From Callorhinchus milii (lineage: Eukaryota), in the NCBI RefSeq assembly GCF_018977255.1, contig NW_024704742.1, forward strand, positions 38,442,001 to 38,506,000: a stretch of 64,000 nucleotides of DNA, given 5' to 3'. The stretch's first letter is position 1, and every line of letters starts with the position of its first letter. A program made the position numbers and the translations under genes. Below are positions 1 through 13,168 of the stretch, piece by piece. Below the pieces are notes generated by a model, which was not told the DNA's origin, searched no databases, and saw nothing but the letters and a program-made list of their open reading frames with translations.

Positions 1-224
1 AAGATTAGTTTTATGATTGTTGTCCCTTAAATTGCTCTTACCCAGCTATACCATGTATTCTTCTGCAGACACAATGCACTTACTCCAATGGTCTGGTCTG
101 TTTCTTGCTCCCCACTCTCCACTGCACCTTCAGTGATTGACTCTTCAGCCTTCTTGCCCCCATACTGTGAGATGCTCATTTATGTGAAAGATCTGATGTA
201 AATGCAGTTTTGTTATACACACAG

Positions 225-348
225 GTACCTCGGCTCAGCAGCTGGATGCAACATTCAGCACAAATGCTTCCCTGGAGATCTTTGAGCTGGATTTGGCTGA
301 CTCCACACTTGACATGAAATCATGTGGCACATTTTCTTCTGCACACAG
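225..348 (+). CDS. SEC31A: SEC31A coding exon (first in window; WD40 region)
   Basis: ag|GT ACC TCG...CAC AG|gt; translates (G)[40 protein letters not shown](R), matching the vertebrate Sec31A N-terminus. The ATG exon is outside the window. Confidence 0.96.
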
Positions 349-559
349 GTAAATTTAAAAAAATGTTAAGTAGAGTTTTTTGGTAGAGGGTCTTATAAAA
401 TATACTTTCCAGTGTTCTTTCAGGTTTCTCAGCTACTTGGAGAAAGGGGTTTCAGGTAATCCATTCTACCAAACAACCCCCCTTCCCCACACACTAAAGA
501 ATGGACCGTATGGTTTTCCTAGGTTTTCTGGCAGAGATGTTTTCTCGCTGGGCCAAATC

Positions 560-732
560 CATAAATTATTTTAAAAGGGAATTCGATCAATGCTTAAAGA
601 ACAAAAAATGTTAAGGGGTATAGGGACCGAGCAGGCGAGTGGGATTAAAATGTCTGATGTGGAGAAAAACACCAGCAGACTTGATGAGCCGAAGGGCCTG
701 TTTCTGCGCTGTAACATTCTATGACTATGATT
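560..732 (+). mobile_element. CR1 LINE 3' fragment
   Basis: ...ggggtatagggaccgagcaggcgagtgg...gagccgaagggcctgtttctgcgctgtaacattctatgactatg: typical CR1 3' UTR and terminal short repeat. Confidence 0.7.
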
Positions 733-758
733 TATTTATCAATCAAATTATTGCCCAG

Positions 759-957
759 GTACCATAAGCTGATTTGGGGTGGTCATGGAAATGAAGATGA
801 TGGGCTGACATCTGGGGTCCTCGTTGCTGGTGGTGAAAATGGGAACATCATCCTGTACAATCCCTCCAAAATCATAGCGGGAGAGGAGGACGTTGTGATT
901 GGGCAGATTGATAAGCACACTGGTCCAGTTCGAGCACTGGACTTCAATCCTTTTCAG
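759..957 (+). CDS. SEC31A: SEC31A coding exon (WD40)
   Basis: YHKLIWGGHG...GVLVAGGENGNIILYNPSKIIAG...KHTGPVRALDFNPFQ; canonical AG/GT, phases fit the neighbouring exons. Confidence 0.97.
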
Positions 958-2055
958 GTAAATTGTCCAATTAATCACTTATAAAATGGCATGTTCAAGC
1001 AACAGGTGGCCAACCTGTGGTCATAGGTAAGTCCATGTTTGCATGTTAGTCTGTTTTCAGTTTTTTCCTGATTTATCTCTGGATTTAACATTCATTATTC
1101 AATCAAGAAAAATTATTTTGTTAGATGCTTTTTGGAAGAGCTATTTTGCCCTTTAGCCTTTTTATTTTCACACTTTACCGACTTTTGGAAATCATAATGG
1201 GTTGTTTTGAGACTATTGCAAACACATGGCTTTTAATATTCAATTAGCATGTCAATTCCAATATCTTTGCCAATATCAGATATTATGCCCTGATCTCAGC
1301 TTCCATTAAATATTGGCATTGTGGGATCACGCAATCCTGCAGTTTATATTAGTGCTCTATACACGGGGAGATCTGGTTCCAATGGTTATAACTAACAATG
1401 CCTTTTCCCCTCCCAGAAGGCATGGGCATGACATTCCTCATGAGCCGGTGTATCAAGTTTGACATTATCCACTAACTGGGCTAAAGGCCATTGTTAGTGA
1501 ATAGTAGGCTCTCTTAAGTACCACATATAAACTGTATGTAAATACAGGTGTATCATGTGCTTTGTGTAAACAGTGTGTAAACTTCCAGGTATCCAATTAT
1601 TTAATTCACAATCAATCATTTTCATTGGTTATTAACTACATGATTAATGGTACCTGTAGTTTCTCTGTACACATGATTGTTCATATGGTTTACACCAGGC
1701 ACTTAATAGACCCCATTGTCAGTGTCCCTAACTTCAACAGAGAGGGGAATTTCCCCCTTAATATTTGTTGCTCTTACATTTCAATTTAATGTTGTTATGC
1801 AGTTGCAGGAAGTTCCACAGAGTTTACCTAACAATAGAGTCTTTTTGCAGTAATGTTATTTACAGCCTGGGTTGCATTTGTGATACTTTTATTTGTAAAT
1901 GGCACTTTGAGGCTAAAGGTTAGAGGGGGAACATACCCTCTTCAACAAGGAAATTATAACAAAATAGCTGTTTAATTGATTAGATGTTTTGGTTTCTCTG
2001 TGAGGTTGCATTTTCCTCAGGGTTTCATAAACAATTAATGTTTTTTGTTGTCCAG

Positions 2056-2151
2056 AGCAATCTTGTAGCTTCAGGAGCCAATGAGTCGGAAATCTACATT
2101 TGGGATTTGAACAACTTTAAAACTCCAATGACCCCCGGATCCAAATCCCAG
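2056..2151 (+). CDS. SEC31A: SEC31A coding exon (WD40)
   Basis: [32 protein letters not shown]; cag|...|gtatgt. Confidence 0.97.
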
Positions 2152-2914
2152 GTATGTGCTCCCTATTAACATCTTGTTATATTTCATCTACTTTCTCACT
2201 TGTCTTGGGGGTAGGGTCCCTCTCTTGAAGGCAGTCAGTGGCTTATGCTGCTGTAGAGGGATTGTGTGATCAACCCTAGCCAAAGTTGTTTCTGTGAGTC
2301 AGCAAATGTTTGCATATACAACCAAGGTTAGGTTGTCATCATGAAGTAGCTGATTGTGTCCTCACCTCACAATAAAAATAAATAATGACAATCCACTTGA
2401 CATGACCACTCATCTGAACTCATGACACTGTTCTCAGCTGGTGTTTACAGCAGAGGTCAGAAGCAGGAACTCTGGCAATTTTTTCTCCCACTATCGTTCT
2501 TTCCCCCCCCCCCCCCCAACACCCGTGCCACCCTAACCTGAGGATGCTGAGGACAATAGTAGTGTTCCCACCTTCGAACAGATCGGGGATCATATCTTCT
2601 GGTCTTCATGGCTCAGTACATTGGTGCTGCTCGGCCACCGGAGGGAGCTCTTGTCATACGCGTTACTGGTGGTGGAAATAGCTGCGACCGAACAATTCCT
2701 CACTCGGGGCCAGAATTGAAATGGAAACTCCCTGGTGGTGATAAATCTTTTTCAAAGCCACACCGTCCTGTGTACCTCAAGTTTAATAGATTTGAGGTGT
2801 ACTTGCCCAGTTACGCCTATCGTGACTGAAAATGCAGAAATTAACGGGATTGTTGTCCGGCTCGTGAGGTTTTTGCCTTGCTGACTTGTTCTTCTCTGAG
2901 GTACCAGACAGACA

Positions 2915-3330
2915 TATATATATAGGAACATAGGAAAACAGGAGCAGGGCCAGTCAGCCCATCGAGCCTGTTCCATCAGTTTATTACATTTTAGTAGATC
3001 TTTTTAATCCTAATGCCGCCCTTTCTCCATACTCTTTAATATCTAACTGTCTCTTGCTTAAATATACTTATTGGTAATGTTAGATTTTTGGGGCAGAGCA
3101 TTCCACATCTTCACAACCCACAAAGAAATGCTTCTTGGCCTCAGTTCTAACCTCCTTAGTTATCATTTTACAGCTTTTAATGGGTCCATGAACTAAAGGG
3201 AAGAGTCAACTACTATCTAACCTGATAATTCCTGTCATTAATTTAAATATGTCAAACAAATCACCCCTTAACCTACTCCGTTCTCAGGGATAGAACCCCA
3301 GCTTCTCAGCGGAGCTAAGCCACTTCAGCC
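2915..3330 (-). mobile_element. Degenerate CR1 3' fragment
   Basis: ataggaacataggaaaacaggagcagggcc...tcgagcctgttcc tail, similar to the tail of the CR1 at 39400. Confidence 0.65.
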
Positions 3331-4809
3331 CAAGTATATTAAGTGCAGCCATTATTAATCTTCCTGACTTCCTCTTCTTCTGAGTTCCCATGTCATCAGA
3401 GAGCTTAGGATAGAAACAGTTTGACAAACAATTGTCCACATTTCACTTGAATTGTCTCTACTAGGGACTTCTTTTGACAAATGATGAATCCCTCCTTGCA
3501 GAAGCCAGAGGGTCCTCCCCACCATTGCCCATTTACCATAGCCGATTCAGCACAGTCTGAATTCTGCTCTGTATGGCTTTAGGGTCTACACTGGTTGGTC
3601 AATTACAGAAGAACCCCATTATAACACACTGTTTTGGACCCATAAGGCCAAATATAACTTTACAACGGGAAAGAGAGCCAAAATGGCTGCTACACTTCCT
3701 GTAAACTTCGCGTGGCTGATGTTATTTCCTTCCTGAAAAATGGTCACCCCTGCTGTCACTTTCTGTGCTCTGTGCCTACTTGCCAGCTTCTCATGCTAAA
3801 AAAAAAAGTCCACCTTTCAGTTTGCTCGTTTGCTGCTGACATAATTTCTTGCATGTTGCGCGTATGTTCTTTGCAAGATACTTCCTGGACCTATTGTATG
3901 TGTGCAGCATGCAGGAAGTGAGGTCGGTGGGGACATAATCACCTGGAAGTCGGTCATTTTTAGCATATGAAACCAGCCAGTCTGAGTGAATAAGATAAAC
4001 ATGTCTACAGGACTAGCTTATCAGCAAACTCACCTTACAAGGGGGCTCTTATAATTCTACAGTACTCACTGATATATTGGCGAAAGCTATCTAAAAATCA
4101 TGTTCTAAACTATCCCTGCTCAAAATAAAAAGCAAACTTTGTTGTATGAAGAAGGGAATTTTATGAATCATTCCGGAGTGATTTTAATGTTATTTGATTT
4201 GAGAGCAGGTCAGTTTCACCAAGGGAATTTCTCTCTTGCTGTAGGGCAATTTCAGTCTCTTATTCACTCCTGACTCTATTGAGATCTATTACTGCCTTCC
4301 CTTCCTAAGTTACATTTGCAGATTGAAGCTATATTCAATTTCCATTATTGCTCATAAAATTAAGAAGAGTGCTTTGCTGTTGGACCTGGCGTAAAAAAAG
4401 AATCTGATACTAAATAGACCTTGTCCGGAAGTACCTCCAAATCTTTTAAGTTTTCTTTTAAGTTTACTCTACAACATGTTTTCTCCTTATTTTTAAAAAT
4501 AATCCTCACCCTTGATATAACTGCTTTCACATCAGTACGATGTCTCAAATTGTTTCACAGGATTTACTGTAAAGTGCCTTTATTTTTAATTGAAATGCTA
4601 CAGCCAATTTGCACATTAGAATGTCCCACAAACAGCCATGAAGTCAACGGCCACTTTTATTTGGAGGACGATTTACATTTTTATTACTTTTATTTTTTTC
4701 TGAAAGGCTACCAAGAACTGGAATGTATGAAATTGAACAGATTTGGTGCCCTATTTATTCCTATTTAATGTATTGCCCTACTTTTCATGCTGTCTAAATT
4801 ACAAAGAAA

Positions 4810-5480
4810 TCTCTTTGTCAAAATGAGCTGGGGAAGGCAGCCAAGCAAGGTGGGGAAGGGAAAGAGGACTGGCTCGATCAAAGAGGGAAGTCTTGACTGA
4901 AGTTGAAAGAGGTGATGGAGGGGGTGATTTGGAGGTACTGCGGGATGCAGTTCGAGAGAATGGGGGCAAATAGGCTGAAAGACCGACACCAACGGTAGAG
5001 GGAGTAGAGCGGGGGACATGAAGGAGTCCGGTGCATGCTGAGCAAAGGGAGTGGCTGTGTTGATTAGGTTTGAGGAGGTCAGGGTGTGCCAAGGCCCTGG
5101 AGGGATTTGTAGGTTAGGATGAGAATCTTGAACTTGATCCACTGGGGGATTGGGAGCCAATAGAGCCGGGCAAGGATGGGGGTGATCGGCTTGCGGAGCT
5201 TGGTGCAGGAAAGGAAACTGGCTGCAGAGTTCTAGATAGACTGCAGCTTTTGTAGGGAAGTGTTGGGTAGTCCAGTGAGCAGAGAATTGGCGTAGTCAAG
5301 TCTGGACAGGTAAATGCATGGATTTGGGTCTCAGCGGCCCGAGGGAAGAGGTAGTGGCAGAGGCGGGCAATGTTAGGGTTAGGGGAAAGCTAAGTGGGTC
5401 AGAGCGTGGATGTGGGGTTTAAAGGAGAGATGTGAATCGAACAAGACGCTGAGGTTCTGCACCAGCTCCATGAGGTGGAG
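4810..5480 (-). mobile_element. L2 LINE ORF2 C-terminal fragment
   Basis: Minus-strand translation SRLDYANSLLTGLP...LQKLQ..NSAA...PITPILARLYWLPI..WIKFKILILTYKSLQGL is characteristic of L2/CR1-group ORF2; contains stops. Confidence 0.85.
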
Positions 5481-5779
5481 TGTGCATCCATGCAGGTTGA
5501 TGCTGCAGTGCCTGAGCCAAACAGGAGAGATCGTGTCCTCCTCATATCCAGCAAATGCAACCCTAGTTTATTCACCCATTCGTTCTAGGTTTCAATCAAG
5601 TGAATTATCACTGAATGCTCTGCAAAAAGCCAATATATCTCCCAAATAGTGTCACTGGAATAATATTTTAGATTTACTGGATTTTCATTAAGTAAAGTGT
5701 TATCCTGAAAGGAGTCAGTACTCAGTGTAGACAATCTGATGTGCACATGTTTCCTAATTATTATCTTTACATTCCTAAG

Positions 5780-5920
5780 CCTCCTGAGGACATCAGCTGT
5801 GTGGCCTGGAATAGACAGGTCCAGCACATCCTGGCCTCAGCTAATCCCAGTGGTCGCGCCGTTGTTTGGGATCTGAGGAAGAATGAACCAATCCTGAAAG
5901 TCAGCGACCACAGCAACCGA
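5780..5920 (+). CDS. SEC31A: SEC31A coding exon (WD40)
   Basis: [47 protein letters not shown]; aag|...|gtaagt. Confidence 0.97.
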
Positions 5921-6602
5921 GTAAGTAGCACAACAACAACTTGCATTCATATAGTTGATCCCAGGAAGCACGGCAGCTGTGATGAATCTGGTCCAGCCTC
6001 ATTGAGCTCAGTAGAGGCATTGTGGCACATCCTGGATGGTGTTTGCCTGGATTAATCGTGTTCAATATGGATTGAATATTGGGTGAGGTGAACCATAAAA
6101 CCGGAGTAACACCAGAGTAATATGCCAGTCAGTATCAGTTGTTTAGGACTGTGCGGTTCAATTAGTAGAAACCAGAAGCTTCAAATTTCTGCCAATCTCA
6201 GCCTTAGGACCAGTGTTATAAAATATAAGATGGTGCAGAATTTTGGAATATTCTTAAAATTCAATTTTAATTTGGAAACGACACCCCCAAAAAAGAACTG
6301 TTGAAAAGTGGCATTCATATTAATTGAAGAATATTTCCCAAAATTTCCACATGATCTTCAATTTGAAGACATCAGTCTTAAGGTCTTCACCATGAAGATT
6401 TTCAATTCTCTGGGATATACAAGTTAACCTATAAGAACATTCTTAAAGAGGTAGTGAAAAGTATACATTGCACACAAAAGGTCAAAGACCCCAATTGTGC
6501 TTTATAGTGTGTGTGTGTCTGTTTGTATTCACATGCATGCGTACACCTGTAAGTGTGCACGCCTGTGTGCCTACTATTAAAATGCTTTGCTCTCCCTGGC
6601 AG

Positions 6603-6745
6603 ATGCACTGTTCAGGACTGGCCTGGCACCCTGATGTTGCCACACAGATGGCTGTGGCCTCTGAGGATGACCGAATGCCTGTGATACAAATGTGGGATCT
6701 GAGGTTTGCAACCTCTCCTCTTCGAGTGCTGGAAAACCACACCAG
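6603..6745 (+). CDS. SEC31A: SEC31A coding exon (WD40)
   Basis: [47 protein letters not shown](R). Confidence 0.97.
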
Positions 6746-7228
6746 GTACAATCCGCCTTGCTTTAGAGCACCTCAGATCTAACTTGATTTGTTCTCTGGT
6801 GTAGCTCACTCAGTGAAATGCTAATTTTATTAAACAATAATTTATTTTGTGTTCACTGGCTTAGTTGGTGAGTGAGTCATTTTGCAAAGAGAACAACAAA
6901 TTATTAATTCAGGAGCCCAGACAGTCTCATGCTCTCAGGCGTATAATCGTTATCTTAACATTTATGAGTATGTAGAATTTTGGAAAGCAGTCTTGAATTC
7001 AGTTTTTATTTGCAGGATTTTTTTCCCGTGGTCCATTAGTGGTACTGCAGACAAACTGCTTCCAAGTTGACACTAATTTTAAGATACTGTATTTTTGTTT
7101 GACCTTTTTTAAGAAAATGGATTTAAGCCATTGAAAATTTTGGGCCCCTTTGCCCTCTTTAATAATTCCAAAAGAGTAAAGGGAGAGCATTCCATTGTGG
7201 CTGATGTAAATCCTGATGTGTTTTACAG

Positions 7229-7328
7229 AGGAATCTTAGCCATTGCCTGGAGTCTGGCAGACTCGGAGCTACTCCTCAGTTGTGGCAAAGACAACCGGAT
7301 TCTGTGCTGGAACCCCAACACTGGAGAG
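7229..7328 (+). CDS. SEC31A: SEC31A coding exon (WD40)
   Basis: [33 protein letters not shown]; |gtaagc donor. Confidence 0.97.
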
Positions 7329-8410
7329 GTAAGCTTTTGTTATTTGGTCCCTGGTATCTATCACATGTGGAAAGCCATCACTGTGCTTACGAGTGTCTAA
7401 ACCAGAGTTTCTGAGTGTGTGGAATGGAAAATTCCCTATGTCTGGAGAGGTAAGCAGAGAGTGGGATACAAAATACCACTATGGCCTCTGCACTGTGACA
7501 CTCAGCGCTTTCACTCACTTTATGACTGGGTCATAAATCTTTAACTTTCTTCAGTAACACATAGTATTTTACTTCTGTCCATCCATTTGCTGTCTACTCT
7601 GTTGATGGGCTTGTGGAAATTGCCTGAATTTTACTGATTTTGTTTTTAGCTGATACTGCGATATGAGTTTTTTAAAAAAATCACAAACATAAATTCTCCC
7701 AGTTTTCTCCTCATCCTGTGGTGAAGATGTTGACTTGATGGAGTATGGTTCCACAGTTGCCATATGGCCTGATTTCTTGGCCAAAGTGACCATTCATGTG
7801 TGAAGCTGTTTAGCCATTGGGATCTGTTATCTGAGTTATGTAAGCCATTCTGGAGGTTGTGAAAGCTGTGTGTGAACTCATGTACAATGAGAATTGTAGG
7901 TCTCCTAAATTATGTAATTAACAGCGCCAGAGGCTATTTGCCTGCGCTGTCACAACTAAGCCTGATCATGCCCTCATCTGGATAACAATCAGGAATAGGA
8001 CCCTGAGCTAATAGTCTCGCCCCTTCCCTCACAGCCCAGGTACACTGAGGCCAATCTTTGTGATTCTATTGTTGCTCAGACTGAGAGTAAGTAACTCAAT
8101 ACAAGGTTAAGTACATGGAACCTTCCTGTGACTCTGGCTTAGTTTGTCACTGGGGATTGCACTTTCCATTGTAAGAGCATTTCAGCTGCTGTTTGAAGGG
8201 GATGAAGAAACAAGAGGATGAACCTCTGCTACATTCTCCCCATATTGGTTGTGTGCAGTGGGTGACCGCATACTGTAAGTGCAGGGCCTACTGAACAGCT
8301 CTGTAAATAATTGAAGGTTGGATGGTGTATTGGGTAGGAGCAAGATGACTGAATTATTACCAGGTGTTATCCATCATAATTCATTATGTTTCCTCCTTGT
8401 CCCTGCCCAG

Positions 8411-8572
8411 GTTGTGTATGAGCTCCCTACAGCTACTCAGTGGTGTTTTGATATTCAATGGTGTCCCAGGAACCCGGCTGTCCTCTCTGCTGCAGCCTTC
8501 GATGGCCGCATCAGCATCTACTCCCTCATGGGCGGGAATGTGGATGAGCAGAGGCAGAGGCAGGCTGACAGC
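8411..8572 (+). CDS. SEC31A: SEC31A coding exon (WD40)
   Basis: VVYELPTATQWCFDIQWCPRNPAVLSAAAFDGRISIYSLMGGNVDEQRQRQADS; |gtaagt donor. Confidence 0.97.
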
Positions 8573-8710
8573 GTAAGTGACGCTTCTCAAAGATGGTGGT
8601 TTGTGTATGTGTACATGAGTATGTGTAGATGTATAGGGGTGTGTGTGTGAGAGAGCCCATTCATATGATGCCTTCACTCCCTGCTATCTCTTTGTGCTTT
8701 TAGTCATCCC

Positions 8711-9194
8711 CAGGGCCAATAGTAAATTATGGAAATATTTGCCAAAATTGTGGGGAAATTTGACACATTCTGTGGAAATTGGTGCTATTGAGTCACATTT
8801 TTACTGCCAACCTAGATTTTTTTAACTTTATTGATAAAAACTAAACATGAAAAAAAACACATGAATTGTTGCAAAGAAAGTTATTAAATGCATTCTTTAA
8901 CAAAAAAAGTGTGGCCCATTTGGGGGGTGGTGGGGGGGGGCAGGCCCAAAGAGCACACAGACCATCCGGGTCGCTACCACCATCCTGCTCCCCCCTCCCT
9001 ACCCGCGCCACACCTGTGTATCTGGAGCTGCTCTGCCCACAGTAGAGACACCGAGGTCATCGAGCAAATAGCTGGAATTGGTACGAAGAGGCCCCGGGGC
9101 CAGACACACGGCATGTTTACAGAGTTTTTGCAGGAAGTGTCTGTTTTAGCGGATTCTGAGGGGAAATTGCGGCCTCACTTTTCTATTGGCCCAG
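8711..9194. mobile_element. hAT-type MITE
   Basis: TIRs cagggccaatagtaaa / ttttctattggcccag; 8-bp flanks gtcatccc vs gtcattgc (6/8, decayed TSD). Confidence 0.7.
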
Positions 9195-9455
9195 GTCATT
9201 GCTCTCAAATTCATCTCTCCTTCCTCCTTGTTTGTTGATTCCTGTCATCATCATGAAATGTTTTTCAGATGCTCATTCTACATGACACGTCTTATATAAG
9301 AGCAAGTTGTTGCTTTTGCTTAAGCTTATTGAAGCCGTGGTTTTAGTGTGAGTGGCATACTGTTGCTTCTTTGGAGCAACAGCAATGCGTATTTGCATTG
9401 AAATGTTGCTCTCTGGCACCATGACAACCAATGCTGTACCTCCTCTTCTTGACAG

Positions 9456-9608
9456 ATTTCCTCCTCATTTGGGAACCTGGACCCTTTTGGCACTGGACAG
9501 GCTCTTCCTCCCTTACAGCTACCTCAAACCACAGCCCAGCCGAGTGCTGTGTTGCCTCTGAAGAAACCACCCAAGTGGGTCCGGCGTCCTGTGGGAGCCA
9601 CGTTTGCT
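9456..9608 (+). CDS. SEC31A: SEC31A coding exon
   Basis: ISSSFGNLDPFGTGQALPPLQLPQTTAQPSAVLPLKKPPKWVRRPVGATFA. Confidence 0.97.
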
Positions 9609-9948
9609 GTAAGTATTGCACTTTGTACAATCTACCCTGGAACAGGAGATGAAATGGGAGTGGCATGGGGAGGGAATAAGAGAAGGAATGAATCTGCCCG
9701 CCCTCCCCCCCCTCCCCCCAAGCCTTGCAGGCTAGGGTGTGGCACACTTCCCTGGAGATCAAGGAAGGTGTGTGCACAGAAAAGGCTGAATTACCATATG
9801 TGCAGTTGTATCCCTGTTGGTGCCAGTGTTTTGGATTCTGCCCTGGAATGTAAATGTAAGATCCTAGTGCCAGTAAGCTCCAGGCTCAGCTTTTTCAGCC
9901 ATATTTAATGTGCCCTGTAGTGTAAGCAGCATATTAGTGTAAGCATGT

Positions 9949-10195
9949 GTCAGCCTGGCTCAGTTGGTATCACTGTTGATTCGGAGTCAGAAGTTGTGGG
10001 TTCAAGCCCCATGTTGGGACTTGGAAACCATATAGTCTAGGCTGACAATCCATTGTAGTGCTGTGGGTATGTGCATATTAGCTGCTGGATTCACCTGCAA
10101 AATACAGAGTCACTACACTTCACAGTATATCCTGTGAAGCACTTTGAGACATCCTCCCAACACAAAATATATATATCAAAATGCAAGAATTATAG
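9949..10195 (+). mobile_element. Old tRNA-headed SINE (DeuSINE/SacSINE-like); related copies near 19040-19350, 23120-23480, 23820-24195, 49570-49910
   Basis: gtcagcctggctcagttggt...gagtcagaagttgtgggttcaagcccc head (A/B boxes), ggctgaca..cagtg body, L2-like tail. Confidence 0.65.
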
Positions 10196-10989
10196 GACTA
10201 ATATTATGGTCTGCTACGCAGCAGCTTTAGACAGCATAATTATCTATTTTCGGAGCGGTGTTGTTGCTAAATGAACCTTGACAGTGACAGTTGTCAGGCC
10301 ATTCAATTGAATGGAGGGACACAGCTGAGCTACATCCTGTCCACTTGCACATAATTTCCATCGGGGGATCCCAGTTAGTGATTAGAGATCCACACTTTCT
10401 TATGGTCTTTGCGTAAACTCACTGTTTAAATTTTTTTGAGCAGAATTTTGTAAAATTCTTAAACTCGGTCTGAATTTGCAAACCTAAAAAGTACTGTGAA
10501 AAATGTTATCCAAGTTCAGACTGATTTCAAGAATTATTCAAGATTCTAGACTACCTAGTTTTTAAGGCAATGTTCTTAAGCCTAAAACCATGATAAATTT
10601 CAGGGTCCCAGGGGTGTTGCCCTAGCTGAGCACCCCACCTAAGATCAGGTAACTAAGCACAGACGGAGTTAGTTGATTCTAATCTCTAACCTTCTGGATA
10701 GTGTGTAATAGTGATGGATGGAAGTCCCTCTGATGACTTGCTTGACTCTGATTACCCACAGTGTACATTAAGCCATGTCTGTCTGCATTTAGGTTGAATG
10801 GTGTGTGGTCTGGTAGGATGGTAGGCTGGTGCGCAGTAGGTTTCTTTGATTAACTGCTGCTTGTAGCATTGAAATGAGTTTGGACATGAGTGCGATGTCA
10901 GTTTGTGTTATGCCGTTGCTTTGAATTGTGCGCGACTTAACTCTTTCCTCTTTTTGTTGTGTTGCTTTGTTTGCTGTTGCCTTGTGAAG

Positions 10990-11214
10990 TTTGGAGGGAA
11001 GCTGGTGACCTTTGAAAACATGAAGCCCCAGCACCAGCAACAGGCTGGCCCATTCCAGGTACTTGTCAGTCAGGTGGTCACGGAAACCGAGCTCCTGAGC
11101 CGTTCCAACCAACTGCAGTCGACAGTCCATTCGGGAGACTTTGTGGCATTCTGCCAGTTGAAGGTGGACAATGCCCAGACCGACTTTGAGAGGAACATGT
11201 GGGGCTTTCTGAAG
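10990..11214 (+). CDS. SEC31A: SEC31A coding exon
   Basis: FGGKLVTFENMKPQ...VSQVVTETELLSRSNQLQ...FERNMWGFLK; |gtgagg donor. Confidence 0.96.
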
Positions 11215-11845
11215 GTGAGGACGAAACAATAACTTCAGAGCATGATGTTTGGCCCCTTTCCAAAAGGATAATCAGTCCTCTCTATTGAAAAGTGCGGGGG
11301 GNAAAATTGCACCCGGGTCTAGACTACATAGAGCTTGCAGAATTTGATAAATTCTTCAATTCAGTCTTAATTCAAAACCAGCTTAAAAATTAACTGAATT
11401 TAATAATTGGTCAAATGCTGCACATGTTGCTCTGGAATGGTAAGAATATAGTGGAAGCCCAGGCTTGGGTGGCATTTCTCGCCCTGGATGGGTGAATGTT
11501 GGGAGGACCAGTTAGGACTCGGATGTGAATCTGCTCGTAGCTCAGGCCCTGTTGCCATTCGCTGTCAGACATGAAGAGCATGCAATCAGGTAATGAACTA
11601 GGGAGGACACATTGCTGTGAACCACATCCAGCAAGAGTTAGCACCTTCGGTGGAGGGAGAGGCAGAAAGGGAAAAGCGAGTGTTTTGGGCCGCTGTTAAA
11701 TATTTTCCTGTTTCAGAAAATCTGTAACTAGCTTCAGTATTGTTTCGAGCTCTAATCAAAAATCAATATGTTGCAGCTATTTCAATGTCTCGGATGTCAA
11801 ACTATGGATTTATATTGAATTACTTTTTTCTAACTCTATTCGCAG

Positions 11846-11920
11846 GTCAATTTTGAGAAGGATTCTCGCCATAAATACCTGGAGCTTTTAGGATATCAGC
11901 CAGAAGAGCTTGCAGAGAAG
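11846..11920 (+). CDS. SEC31A: SEC31A coding exon
   Basis: VNFEKDSRHKYLELLGYQPEELAEK (not in ORF track; found by manual translation). Confidence 0.95.
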
Positions 11921-12110
11921 GTAGTCAGAAGATTTACTGAGTACTAAATAACAGTTGCATTCAATATGACGCTTTATATCTTGAGTCATCTCCAAGGTCA
12001 TAAGAAAGAGTTACTATCAAGTGCAGTTGGTGCTGTTTTCTAGGCATACCCAGCACTCATTTAGTTCCATCATCTATGAATTTGGATGAGGGAGGGATTT
12101 TTTTTTTTAC

Positions 12111-12903
12111 CAGAAGTCCAATGGGCTATCCGTTGGGAAGGGGCATGTGCCCGAGCTGTAGACAGGAAGACGGGGGCAAGGCTATCACCCATTTCATGCT
12201 GAGATGCGTTGCCCACCTGGAAGCTCACAAGGAATACCTACCATCTACCTAGTGGATGTCAAACAACCAATTAGAGATTATCCTCCTTGGGGGAGGCAAG
12301 CAGGGTTTCCTCGGAGCGGAACTGGCTCCAAGGTGACATACCTGACAATGGAATGTTGGAATTGAGCCAACTCTCTGCGGCAGTCTTGGTAGTCCAGTTC
12401 CTGAGCCACACGAGTCCACAGTATTCCAGGGCACTGCTGACGACAGCACAGCTAGCCTAGCTCATTGGCAGGACTCAGAAGGACAGACCAGTCACTCAGG
12501 GCAGGGAATCATCCCACGCAGCTCCTGTTAACCCTGAAGCCCAAACTAATGGGTAGAGTGGTCTTAGCTGGACAAGCAGCAGGAAAGGTTGCAAGACAGT
12601 GATATCAATGGCAAGCTATGTGGTTTTAGCTGGTTAGACTCCAGCAGTACCCCAATGCGCATTCTGGGGTCCCTAAGCCTTGGCTCTTACCAACCTGCAC
12701 CTAATACTTTCCGAAATTAGGTAAGCAGGATGTGTCCCTCCAGAGAGAGAGTACGCGTTCCATTCCAACAATCTATCTCTGGGATTTCCATGTGTAGGTG
12801 GGATGCACCACACATTCCATGGATTTCTCAGCTCGGTTTGGATATTCTTACGCATGGTGAAGGATTTCTGCATATGTCTGACACCCGGCTGACCCAAAAA
12901 AAA
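12111..12903. repeat. Unclassified ~800-bp interspersed repeat (other copies ~44500-44878 and ~47765-48810)
   Basis: Shared block tagctggacaagcag...tcaatggcaagct in all three loci; ttttagctggttagact.cagcagtacccc in the first two; terminal acacc.ggctgaccc plus A-run in the first and third. Confidence 0.75.
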
Positions 12904-13114
12904 TGAGGGAGGGATATTTGCTACTGCACATTGCGCAGAAACGATGAAAGCTCAGGCGTCAGCTGCAGTCAATATGCAAACACAGATTTACTGGCAGTTC
13001 TCAAGTGCTAAAAGAATTAAGTAGAAATCTGTACCAGCTGTGATCTCCTAAAATATAGTTTAGACTTGAGTACAATGTAGAATGGAACCGTGAAAAAGAC
13101 TTATTTTGCTTTAG

Positions 13115-13168
13115 ATTGTGGCAACACTGCAGGAGGGCAACACTGGAGAGAAGACCCCATCAGATCAG
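13115..13168 (+). CDS. SEC31A: SEC31A coding exon (linker, 54 nt)
   Basis: tttag|ATT GTG GCA...GAT CAG|gtacag = IVATLQEGNTGEKTPSDQ; phase 0/0, at the position of the short IALAL... linker exon of mammals; low sequence similarity. Confidence 0.78.

Noticed and set aside
3481..3560. C/D box snoRNA-like ATGATGA...CTGA
   Set aside because: No terminal stem, and the region resembles an old SINE-like repeat seen elsewhere in the window.
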